This document shows positions 27,393 through 40,400 of a DNA stretch of 64,000 nt, piece by piece. Made by a program: the position numbers and the translations under genes. Position 1 is the first letter of the stretch. Each line of letters starts with the position of its first letter. Where the stretch lies: positions 83,335 through 147,334 of the forward strand of contig NMRA01000428.1 in assembly GCA_002633005.1 (NCBI GenBank). Reading direction: 5' to 3'. The stretch is from Phoronis australis (Eukaryota > Animalia > Phoronida). The notes below the pieces were generated by a model. It was given only the letters and a program-made list of their open reading frames with translations, made no database searches and was not told the origin of the DNA.

Positions 27393-28029
27393 GGTCAGTG
27401 CGCGTATGGAACGTGAAAGTACAAAAATCCTTTTTTGATACTCGGCCCTACTTTTGTCAAATCCGTATACCATATTTTGATGGAACTCAAGATCATGACT
27501 TATTGGCCACATAACTATTTTCTGGTGTTTTCGGTTCCATTGATTTTTATGGCGGGGAGGGATATTTTAACGATTTTTTATGCTAAGCCCTACACTAGAT
27601 CCATCTCGCTGTGGTCACGTACACACAAACCATGTGACTTCCTCAAAACGTCAACGTGGACACAAATTTCAGAGTTCCTTATTGCCAACCGACTTCTGCC
27701 CCCTAGTCGTCGTCCATTTAGTCTAGCTAGCCTCCCCTACCACCCAGCATAGGCGTACAGACTTTCTTCAGTGTTTGCGGCTTAACCAAATGAGGCAGCC
27801 TCCGGCAGAAATTTGCGTTTCCGCGAATACAAACAGATTTGCGTAGCTTTAAACGCGAAACCTGTGGCCCAGCCCTTTTTAACCCTAATTGGCAAAACAT
27901 CGAAATGGTTTTTATTTTGATAGGGTTCTCAATCTTTCTTCTTTCCTTCACTATAAAATGAACACGATTCATTTGTCTATAAATGTTTTTAAAGTTTATT
28001 TTGCAAGTAAGCATTTTAGCCAGTCTCCT

Positions 28030-28155
28030 GTTCAGTAACACTAGGACCTCGCTAAAAAGCAAGACTTTGTGAGATAACGTGAGATGTGGCCGTGTATTTT
28101 TAATGAGAGCACGTGACTTTGGCTAGCTTTTAGCTAGGTGCTAGCGTTACGGAAC
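28030..28155. mobile_element. ~126-bp MITE-like element with ~30-bp imperfect TIRs
   Basis: GTTCAGTAACACTAGGACCTCGCTAAAA ... TTTTAGCTAGGTGCTAGCGTTACGGAAC; homolog at 59340-59466. Confidence 0.7.
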
Positions 28156-28236
28156 GCACCCCGGGATTCTTCAGTATTCTGCCGGGGTTCGCCGGATATG
28201 CCGGTATGGGTGATAATTCACGTTCATGTCGCTTTG

Positions 28237-28351
28237 CGAAACTCCCCTAATAGCTAAACCCGCCATCTGTTGTCTGCATCAATGACCTATTGTAAGCAAT
28301 GACAGAAACGAAACTTCAGGAAAAACCAATGAGCTATATTTATCTCATTGG
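28237..28351 (+). promoter_or_regulatory. Putative promoter of gene 2: kB-like site, ISRE-like GAAACGAAACT, inverted CCAAT pair around TATATTTA
   Basis: Motifs at 28237-28247, 28305-28315 and 28326-28351, about 90-200 nt upstream of the predicted ATG; motif matches only. Confidence 0.4.
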
Positions 28352-28438
28352 GCAAAACCCATCGTGTATTTTTCCACTACGCAATTATCTACTCGGCACA
28401 GATCACGTCCGGAGACATTTTCATGTCCAGACTTAGAT

Positions 28439-28495
28439 ATGGCGTCTATCAAAAAATGGGGTAGTAAACTTCTCAGTAAGGCAGAATTGAGAAAG
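28439..28495 (+). CDS. Gene 2 putative first coding exon (MASIKKWGSKLLSKAELRK)
   Basis: ATG in Kozak context; aag|gtgaga donor in phase 0; joins the ANK N-cap exon; promoter-like motifs upstream. Confidence 0.6.
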
Positions 28496-31400
28496 GTGAG
28501 AGTTTAAATTTTAGAAATCATTTCGTCATCTGTTTGGGGACTCGTCCGTCACTTGTTTAGGCTGTTTATCCAAGTTTTGTTGTTGACCGCATCAGCGTTA
28601 TGGCGTCCACAACCAGCGTGACGTTATTATTAAATTCATGTTAAGTTGGACGTTTTGACATCAACGCACATGTCACTACTATTTTATACGTTTACAAAAA
28701 ACATTTAAACTAGACAGCCGTCAAAATGGCTTCACTCTAGAAATTTCCCAACGTCACAGCACCTNNNAGCTAGAGGGGTGAACACCACTATATCGAAAAT
28801 GGTGTAGATCCACCTTTGCAAGTTTGCAACGGATTCGTGCGTCCTTTCAGACATTGTTGAACATTATAACACTATACCAGTCTACTAGAGAATAAGAAAG
28901 TTTCAAGCATTATGCGCATGTCGCCGATATTGAACGGTTAGTAAGTTCCAGAGTCCACGCTCAATTCTGAGAAGACTGTCGTCAACGTTCCCAGTTAGAC
29001 CTGGTACATGTTGTAAACAAGACTATATATAGATGGGAGGGCATAAATGCAGATTTGCCAAAATTGAGCACTTTGTGACAAGTTTTTGTGGTCGATTTTT
29101 ATCAATTCCCTCTCCGCAATACAGTGATAGGCAAGTCCGTCTGTATTGTCCCTAAGGTCAACTTCCATAGGTTTGTCGCCGAACACCTTTTGTCAGCCAC
29201 TGCAAGTCAAGAAAAGCACTGTGAATGTAAGCACACTAACGATCGTCGGTGCATGGCAACTGTGAGCTGTACCAACGCGCGGTCCCGGAGCGATCATATC
29301 AAATGTTTTCTTTTTTCATGACTCATTGTGCGTAGGTTATCCAGGGGTTAGTGGGTTGAAAAGGCTCCAGGGTCATATTTTATGAAGTAGTAGCACAGGC
29401 GGCATGTCTGTGCTATTGCGTTGGAGCTGTTGAAGTTTTTTAATGTAAAGCCAATGCACGNCACAATCAGCGTGACGTTATTATTAAATTAATGTTTTTT
29501 GATGTCAAGTTGGACGTTTTGACATCAAGGCACATGTCACTACTATTTTATACGTTGACAAAAAGACATTTAAACTAGACAGCCGTCAAAATGGCGTCAC
29601 TCTAGAAATTCCCCAACGTCAAAGCACCTACGGGGGGAGGGGCGGGGGCGAAAATAGTGTAGATCCACCTTTTCAAGTTTGCAAAGGATTCGTGCGTCCT
29701 TTCAGACATTGAACATTATAACACTATACCAGTCTACCAGAGAATAAGAAAGTTTCAAGCATATATGCGCATGTCGCGGTATTGAACGGTTAGTAAGTTC
29801 AGTTCACGCTCACTTCTGAGAAGACTGTCGTCAACGTTCCCAACGTTTAACCTGGTTCATGTTGTAAACAAGACTATATATAGATGGGAGGGCATAAGTG
29901 CAGATTTGCCAAAATTGAGCACTTTTTGACAAGTTTTTGTGCTCGATTTTTATCAATTCCCTCTCCGCGAAACAGTGACAGGCAAGTCGGTCTGTATTGT
30001 CCCTAAGGTCAACTTCCATAGGTTTGTCGCCGAACACCTTTTGTCAGCCACTGCAAGCCAAGAAAAGCACTGTGAATGTAAGCGCACAAACGATCGATCG
30101 GTGCATGGCAACTGTGAGCTGTACCAACGCGCGGTCCCGGAGCGATCATATCAAATGTTTTCTTTTTTCATGACTCATTGTGCGTAGGTTATCCAGGGGT
30201 TAGTGGGTTGAAAAGGCTCCAGGGTCATATTTTATGAAGTAGTAGCACAGGCGGCATGTCTGTGCTATTGCGTTGGAGCTGTTGAAGTTTTTTAATGTAA
30301 AGCCAATGCACGTCACATTTTGACATCATCAAACACACGAAGCTGTTCTTCTACTATAAGCCTACCCGTGTACGTACATGCATAAGTCTATACATTCAGT
30401 GCCTATCGATCATGCACACATCAGTCTTTGAAGGTTAGTGTACAATAACGGTGCAGACGCTGTAACCGGACTTCACGGTGTGTCTTACCCTCTAGTGACC
30501 AATGAACTCACAGTTCCAATTCGACGACGACACCGAGCACTACATGTCATCAATGTCCACCCAACCTCAGCTCTCTGGTTCTTTTAAACGGGCATTAGAG
30601 GCCGTTCGTTTTTTCAACAGTGTTTGAGCTTCTAAATAAATTTAATTGTATTTCTGAACTCTGATTGTTTGCAAAATAGTGAAACGGCTTTGTTTGTCAA
30701 TACACGGTAAAAATTTAGTCATCCGTCTAGTGACGAAAACATATTAGTGTATAAGAGTCCTCTACTGGCTTGCATGTAGGCCTAGTAATCGATACTATCG
30801 TTATTTCTGAAACTCGTATGAATTCGACCAGACTGGTTCCTCGATTCTTTCACCCGTTTGTTCATCAGTCACAATTGAGAGAGGCCGGGTGATTTACTGA
30901 TAACGTATGATGGGATACCACTCGACTAAAGGGGATGGATTTACAGGGCAGCGGCTTCCATGGAAAGGTCTCATATTTCGGAGCCTAGCCTTTTGTAAGA
31001 ATTTACTTAGAATTGTGTTTTTATCCCTAAAACAGCTCAATTAATGAGTTATCATATTGCAACAATTTAACAATATAACGTTTCTATAAATGTTTGAAAT
31101 TGGATATAGGAGCCAATTTTTTCAGTTGTTTCGAGTTATCTTTTTCATAGAAAAGGCGGCGCTTATTTTAGTTTCTATGTTCTTCCACTTCAGAAACTGT
31201 CGAGTTGTTGAACTTTATCATTTTGTTGAAACGGATTTTAAAATAATTTCTGTTGAGTGTATTATTACATGTATCGATTCTAATTCTTAAATATTTTTTA
31301 TTTTGATGAATAATAACACCGAAAACAAAATTAATTCAGAAAAGTGAGACTATGCAGGAAACTTTATAAACATTGAAGTATTCCTCGGGGAAAATATTCT

Positions 31401-34400
31401 CGTGAACATACTATGTCTTTACTGGCCGAATATCTGCGTCACAGATTTTTACAGCGACGTAGATAAACTTATTTCCGAATTTAATTGAGAAAGGATAATT
31501 ATTTGAGGGACTGGAATTTGTCTCAAATCTATGGATTAGATTGCTTCAAATATATATATCAGAATAACCCGAGGGCCAGGGATATACAATTTTAAAGCTA
31601 ACGAATAAGATTGAACGACAACATTGACCTAATAGTTTGGAAAATAAAATGAACTTATTCCCGACTTACTTTTCTCCGGATCACTCTGACATGGACGTAG
31701 AAGTAATAAATTGATCGCAACAAACTGGTGGAAATGGAAAAATAGGTCCAGTACGAATTTAACTCTTTTGTAAGAATCACTGTCGTTATAAGAGTCCCTC
31801 TTTTTAACTTGAGTTTATTTATTCGTCACACTTCCTACCTCTACAGAGCAATCTGCATTTTGTTACAACATTATTTGGCTCGGGAATGACTGTGTTGATA
31901 CAGGATTATAGTAAAGTTGTGTGTAAAATTGTCTGCTTTGACTAACTTGTTAAACAAGCTCAGTCACTTTACACTTAACCTTCTAGTATTCCTAAGATTG
32001 TGAATGGTTTGCCTTTGTACCTGAAACTTGTTGTGATATTTCAGGCAGGAACACTATCACTCATGTCAACATTGTTCTGATGAGTAGATTTATTCTTTAT
32101 CTGATTGTGTTGGCCGGTGAGTGTAAACCACTGTTCTCCCTGGGACGTAGGACATTGAAGTCTTTTGACATACTTTACAGCGTAGCTTTCGCAAAAAAAC
32201 TGTTTACAAGTAACATTATTTTAATGGAGCATAACAATTACCAACCCACTGTCTCGTTCAGGAGTTCTTGTTTCGCTACGTCAGTGGAGTACAACATGGG
32301 TATCCGTTCACATAATTTATAATAGCGATTAGATGTCTTGAGGCATTCCCGATTTCCCACCGATTTAGTAAATTTTAAAGATATTGAAAGCAGGGAATAT
32401 AGGACAAGGAAGTCATTTTAAGTTAAAAATTAACTTTAATTTATGCCACAGAAGTCTTCGTACGGCCGCGGGGTGGGTTGCATGTCGTTGTGATTAATAA
32501 TCCAAAACGTTATTTCCTGTCAAGTGACATTTCGTATTAATTATTATACAGATATGGAGGCCAATTAAGGAATTTTATGCATTAGGAACTAGACTGTGTC
32601 AGTTTAAGCAATAAATGACCCCGTTATGAAATTGAAACGACATAACGTTTTCGAATAGAGTCATGTTATTAGTGGAATCACGTCTGTTGTACTTGTTAAG
32701 AAAAAAGTTGAAACCATAAAAAACTCAAGGGAATTCGGGAAAAGCCCTGTGATTTTCGTGGTATTGTTCGGGTGACTGGTAAAGCTCTGTTCTATTATGA
32801 GGGTGCAGACAAAGAAAGTATGAGCAAAATGACTGGAAGTTTCCATGGGCACAAAATAGTGTAGTGTTCCTAAAATTGCATCTATATTTGCCACTGTTAA
32901 GAAAAAGTTGAAAGAATGTTAAGAGCACTGGCAAATGTGGACCAGTGTTTGACCCTATAATGATTGTACATGTACACTGTGTGATGTATAATCCACATTT
33001 ATTTGTTATTATTTTCAGGTTCTCGAAGCCGTGAATGATAACGATTATGAAACTATACGACAATTTATGGACGCCGGTTGGGACATCAACCAACAATTGG
33101 ATAAAGTAAGTATGCACACCTGAACACTCCACAGATCCGAAGCGAAGTTCGGAAAGGTCGTTTCTCTGTAATCATGATTTTTTTGTTGAATAATGTAAAA
33201 TGTTAACCATTTCATTGTCATTGCAGGTAAGATTAGTCAATTTCGTATATTCGTTTCTTGTCAATTACAATCAAAAATTGTCAAATTCCAACACCTTCCT
33301 AGCTATTTGGATTTACACAATATGCCTTTTTATTTATTTCTTGAATTGCGGCGGCATTAAATAAAAATTGATCGTTCAGAGAAAGCAAGTCATAAATATT
33401 CCTCTCCCGCACCAGGAGCTACTGAAACAAACTTTTGTTGCTTTTTGATCAAAAAAACAAAATACGATTAAACACTAAACCGTACTTTTAAGACATAATC
33501 AACGAGTTCAAAAAAGGTTGGGGTTTTAAACGTCGGATTTTGGCTCAGAGTTCTATCGCAACACGAGGTTTTTTACCAAGACAAGATTTGCGAGAAACAT
33601 ATCTCCCTCCACCTACCTTGGCCAAATATATCATAATTGATGTAGGTGTGCGGTATACTAAGTAAGTAATGGAAAATGTTCGATATCAAAACTTGATTTT
33701 GACTTGATTCAAGAATTTAATGCCTCTTTAATGTGTCCCCCTTGACAGTCTCGGTCACACCTCCCGTTGACCCCTCCACCCCCTTTGACTTGCATAACGA
33801 TAGTGTTGAGGCTTGTAAAGAAAATACAACGTCAGTGCATCACCTTATTATGTATCAGTTGACGTTTGAGTGAATGTACTACAACAAAAATACTAAATAG
33901 AACGTTGTTTTTTTCAAGAGCCCAGACTAGAATCTACAGTGTTATTTCCTCTAAGCGTAGTTAGCGGCAAGTACTCTCCATTCAAGTTGATATTTTGTGG
34001 TTTCCGAGATTTCAGAGTTTTTGAAATCGCGGACTCAAAAATCAGGCCCGAGTCATTGTACTTTCACCTTATTTTGATATTACTCGTCGTGTTTTGTAGG
34101 TATATTAATTGTGTTACTCTTCATTTTTATTAACGATCAGTTCAAGTAGAAGTGGTCTAGTCGTGAAATTTTATATTGATACAACTTTGTAGAGAGGTTA
34201 ATGTTCAACAAGTTTGTATCTAGTGAAAGTGATCAGACCATTGCAAGGGGAATTATTTGTCTCCCTTATTTTTGACATCGCCTCTTTTGCACACCGTCTA
34301 AAATAGTTTGTTCGACAAGGTAAATTAATTTCATTTCACTAAATTAGGTAAATGCATTAGATACCCAATTACCTGAGCAACAGGTAAAAAGTGCAGGAGT

Positions 34401-37400
34401 GACTTATAGAAACAATGTAAAACAGATATGTACCCATTCAGCTATCCAAGTTATCGATATTGACGTACTTTTTGTAATTTACATTATTAGTATACACAGA
34501 TATGTTGGTAAGAAAAACACAATGAAACTTTGACGGTGTGATTTGATTAGCAGATCTATTGTACTTCTGTATAAAGTCATGCACACATGGAGGAAATTGG
34601 CAACTTCATTGATTGACACCATTCGGATAGTTATGAGCAGATTCAAAGCTTAGAAACATATATTGATCAGTCTCCCTTGGACAATTATGGTATTATTTTA
34701 CCTTTCATGTCTTCGACAGCGTCTAGGGTCCAAAACAACGACCAGGCAAACGACCCATGACACTGAAAACCGTGGCTGAATTATTCAGAGTTCAACAATA
34801 ATATTGATCAAAATTTGTCCAGAAAAATCCTTTTGTACGGTGTGTATGGCTGAATGTAAGTCGAGGAATAATATATTTTTTGCAAAAGATTGAGGAAAAT
34901 TTGGCTTTATTAATGATATTAATGCTATTTACCATTTGTGTTGGAAGGGTGTTCCATCTATCCAAAAAAATATTGTTGGTTTAAGAATGACTCGACAGTG
35001 AGACGGTTGAACTAAGACAGATGTAATCGAACGTCGACCTGATTTAGTGTTTTGAGCTCTGTCATTTTCAAAAGTTTTTTAATTGGATATATTATTTACT
35101 TTGGTTAGAGCTTTATGTGTTTAAACAGTTCAATGACATGGCATTAACGGTTTGGACCAGTTTAGATTTTTGATTGCATTCCAACTTTTTACGACATCAG
35201 TGGTGGTTATAACAGCCTGTTATTGCAGTCTGTCCAGCTGTACCAAACGTTCTGCACCATCTGTTTGGTAAATTATGTCAGCAAAGTCAAAATGAGGGAG
35301 TACAAAGTAATACAAAATGCGCTCAAAGATTTCAATTTACTAGATTTAATTTTAAATCAATAGGTTGATTAAAATTTGATTTTTGCCCACAGTGTGGTAA
35401 AAACGAAAGTTAATTGTGTATTATATTGACTGAATTTTTGTGTGAATGTTTTTGGAGAATAATTTCATCATTCAGGCTCATAGGAAAATGGGTCCCTGTG
35501 TAATTCGGGTATCTGTGACCGGTACGTAATACCCTTCAAACACCTTGAATGTCCATCGCAATGGCGCAACAGTCAATCGCCGTTTGAGCGCAAGAGGAAT
35601 GTACTAAAATAACTACTTTTAACTAATGTATGCACTCACTCAGTTTTTAGCACCTACTTAATCTCTTTCCATTCCTTTAGGTGACGTGATTTGAAGTAAC
35701 CGTCTCTAGCACGAATAATATTTTACTGCAAATTTCAGCAGCACATTTTTCAACCGCCTTCGCATGTAGGCAGTGCCATCTATTTTTACGCATACGAATT
35801 AAGGCCTGCGCAGTAGAACGCGCCATCTATTTTTACGCGTGAGAATTAGGGCCTGTGCAGTAGAACGCATTGCAAAATTCTAAAGTGTATCACTTAACAG
35901 AAACGACGTAACTTTGGTCTTGAAATGGGAACATTTTTATCATGGCCATGCCTCCGGTCTTAGCTAAGACGTTCTTAAGATTTTCACGGGCACTCGGTTG
36001 ATGAAAGTCGAGTGATCACTTGTAGTAAACATCCCACTACGTCACTGATTGGAAGGACAGTCTTGTCTGTGAATTGCTACCAATGACAGTTGCAAAGTAA
36101 GGGAGAGCGACGTAAACTTGAAGTTGTTACATTTTATGCTCTCGTCAATATTATGCGGTAAATGCTTTCAGTCATCCAGTTGAGTAAATAATATGTCCAA
36201 AATCGACCTCAATCCTTAAGTCCAGTAATTGATTTCATTTTGTACATATTACGTCACTGTTATGTTGCCAACTAAATATTCATTTCTCAAAGCGAACGCA
36301 ATGACGTTTGCTTGATCTTCATCAGGCGGAGTTATTATTTCAGTGTGAATGTAAAATGTCGAATTTCCAGACTTTTCTATGATTAGACGTACGCGCGACT
36401 TTTGTACGAGGGTAATAAAGGTTTGAAGATTTTGTCTAGATAGTTTTCAAACAAACACATGTTTTGCGGAACAATATGTTATTATTATTTTAGGCATCGA
36501 TGCTGTTATTCTATTATGAAATTGTTCATTATTTTAATACTACTCGTCGTATTTTGTACTTATCAAATATTTTTCTATTTTTTGACAAAGTAACCGTCAG
36601 GTCCGCTAGTCGTGACGGAAAATCAAATTGAAGCTAATACTCAAGATGTTCTAATTTTTGCTCCTTAGTTGCTTGCCATAAAAACTGGAGTAATCATACC
36701 GTTACATAAGTACGGTGACTGTAAAAGGACGGCACGGAACCTTTTTTCTCCGTTGCTAGCTCTGTCGACAGGCTTTACTTACTCTAGCGATATATTTATT
36801 AATTCTATTGATAGACTTACTAACTCTATCGATAGACTTACTAACTCTATCGATAGACTTACAAACTCTATCGATAGGCTTAGTTTCTCTGTCTATAGAC
36901 TTACTAATCTCTATTGCTCGATAGCTAACAACTCTATCGATATAGATATTAAGTCTACACATGTAAATAGAGTTGCTTTGCAGTCCTTTTACAGCCACCG
37001 TATTAACCAGTATCTTCCGATAAGGAAATGTTTCTTTAAAATATTCAAGGACAGGCAAGTGTATCAATTTATCGCGTGTACACGTGGAAACTTGCCGGCA
37101 AAGCGCTCTTTTTAAAAGCAACGCTTCGTCTTAGTCTAGACGCATTTCCTGCAAATAGCCCTGTATAAGGTTCTAGAAGCATTTTTTAGTAAAAGTTGGG
37201 AACAAGACTTTTTCACACAATCAAGGTATGGCGAATTCAACTAACCCTGTTCCCAAGCCGAATTTTGCATTTTTGACCATCTAATTTGCATAAACAAAAT
37301 GGCGGCCAAATAGTCAAGTTCAGTTGTATTTTTGTAATAGAAATCACCATATACCATTTAAAATGGTGAAATGTCTCACCTGTATACTTCTTATAAATAC

Positions 37401-40400
37401 TTCTTGAGCAATAAATCACTTATGAATACTAAAAAATGCAACTCTGAAAACTAATTATGCAAATTAGGTGCCGCTTTTACCATACAATGTAATTTGCGTC
37501 TTAAGTTTGTGTTCCTGCAGGCTAACTTGAAAAATGAGTTGTTTATACTTATATTTTCATGGTCAACAAACATGCTAAAGACATTTTTGGAGCAATTTAT
37601 TTCATATTTATTGGGTTATAGATGTATACTTACAGAATGTGGAAAAAATAGTCTTTAAGCTGCAATGCTCGTCAAGCAAGGTGTCACTATTTTGATGGAA
37701 AATAGGACAAATGTTCACACTATCCCGTTATCTTCCATTCTTAAAAAANNNNNNNNNNNNNNNNNNNNNNNNNNNNNNNNNNNNNNNNNNNNNNNNNNNN
37801 NNNNCAAAAAAGGTTGGGGTTTTAAACGTCGGATTTTGGCTCAGAGTTATATCGCAACACGAGGTTTTTTACCAAGACAAGATTTGCGAGAAACATATCT
37901 CCCTCCACCTACCTTGGCCAAATATATCATAATTGATGTAGGTGTGCGGTATACTAAGTAAGTAATGGAAAATGTTCGATATCAAAACTTGATTTTGACT
38001 TTATTCAAGGATTTAATGCCTCTTTAATGTGTCCCCCTTGAAAGTCTCGGTCACACCTCCCGTTGACCCCTCCACCCCCTTTGACTTGCATAACGATAGT
38101 GTTGAGGCTTGTAAAGAAAATCCGGCGTCAGTGCATCACCTTATTATGTATGAGTTGACGTTTGAGTGAATGTACTACTACAAAAATACTAAATAGAACG
38201 TTGTTTTTTTCAAGAGCCCAGACTAGACTCTACAGTGTTATTTCCCCTAAGCGTAGTTAGCGGCAAGTACTCGAAGTTTGGTATAACTCTCCATTCAAGT
38301 TGATATTTTGTGGTTTCCGAGATTTCAGAGTTTTTGAAATCGTGGACTCAAAAATAAGGCCCGAGTCATTGTACTTTCACCTTATTTTGATATTATCCGT
38401 CGTGTTTTGTAGATATATTAATTGTGTTACTCCTAATTTTTATTAACGATCAGCTCAAGTAGAAGTGGTCTAGTCGTGAAATTTTATATCGATACAACTT
38501 TGTAGAGAGGTTAATGTTCAACAAGTTTGTATCTAGTAAAAGTGATCAGACCATTGCAAGGGGAATTATTTGTCTCCCCTTATTTTTGACATCGCCTCTT
38601 TTGCACACCGTCTAAAATAGTTTGTTCGACAAGGTAAATTAATTTCATTTCACTAAATTAGGTAAATGCATTAGATACCCACTTACCTGAGCAACAGGTA
38701 AAATGTGCAGGAGTGACTTATAGAAACAATGTAAAACAGTAATAATGATATGTACCCATTCAGCTATCCAAGTTATCGACATTGACGTACTTTTTTTGTA
38801 ATTTACATTATTAGTATACACAGATATGTTGATAAGAAAAACACAACCAAACTTTGACGGAGTGATTTGATTAGCAGATCTATTGTACTTCTGTATAAAG
38901 CCATGCTCACATGGAGGAAATTGGCAACTTCATTGATTGACACCATTCGGATAGTTATGAGCAGATTCAAAGGTTAGAAACATATATTTATCAATCTCCC
39001 ATGGACAATTATGGTATTATTTTGCCTTTCGTGTCTTCGACAGCCTCTAGGGTCCACAACAACGACCAAGCAAACGACCCATGACACTGAAAACCGTGGC
39101 TGAATTATTCAGCGTTCAACAATAATATTGATCAAAATTTGTCCAAAAAATCCTTTTGTACGGTGTGTATAACTGAATGTAAGTCGAGGAATAATACATT
39201 TTTGCAAAATATTGAGGAAAATTTGGCTTTATTAATGATACAAAACTGCTATTTACCATTTGTGTTGGAAGGGTGTTCCATCTACTCAAAAAATTATTGT
39301 GGATTTAAGAATGACTTGACTGTGAGACGGTTGAACTAAGACAAATGTCTTCGAACGTCGACCAGATTTAGTGTTTTGAGCTCTGTCATTTTCAAAAGTT
39401 TTTTAATTGAATACATTATTTACTTTAGTTAGAGCTTTATGTGTTTACACAGTTCAACGACATGGCATTAACAGTTTGGACCAGTTTAGATTTCCAACTT
39501 TGTACGGCATCAGTGATGGTTATAACAGCCTGTTATTGCAGTCTGTCCAGTTGTACCAAACGTTCTGCACCTTCTGTTTGGTAAATTATGTCAGCAAAGT
39601 CAAAATGAGGGAGTACAAAGTAATACAAAATGCGCTAAAAAAGTTCAGTTTACTAGATTTAATTTCAATCAATAAGTTGGTTAAAATTTGATTTTTGCCC
39701 ACATTGTGGTAAAAACGAAAGTTAATCGTATATTATAGTGACTAAATTTTTGTGTGAATGTTTTTGGAGAATAATTTCATCATTCAGGCTCATAGGAAAA
39801 TGGGCCCCTGTGTAATTTGGGTATCTGGAATGAAATAGATAAAGGTTTTCGAGCTGATGTCTGAATGAAAGGCACTGATGTAGAGCAGAAACAACACTGG
39901 CCAATATTACACTAGCTTGCCTATTTCTACGTCGACAAACCCGTGAAAACACACCGTCTAGTAGTACTACCCGTTTGGAACGATATGATGTTAAGAGTGT
40001 GTGCAGAGTGAACGATATTCCATAAGAAAAAAGTTTGTACAAGAGGAGTTCATGGTGGTCATGTGGAACCATGTCAAACGCGCATGTCACATCTAGAAAT
40101 TAAATGTAAACAAAAAATCCATTTTCAAATTGTTCGTAAAGTTTTGTTGAATAAATGAGTAGTTGTAGGAGATATATCTTTTATATTTACAGATGTAGTT
40201 TAATTATTTCATTTGTTATATGGTCGGTACTGTCATTTTAGACTGTGTTTTTTAACAAAGTCTGATTTGTGCAAAGGAGTCTTGGAAATTTGTCAGTTGA
40301 TGTGGACTGTTCGTATTCATATGGCATATGCTATATTTTTGAAGTTATCCAAGAACAGAGCACAGAGGCTGCGCTTTGTGATTCCTAGCTGGTGTTTTAA

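Noticed and set aside
28995-30187. Duplicated short ORFs as genes
   Set aside because: Inside the N-joined duplication, no recognisable domain, intronic to gene 2.
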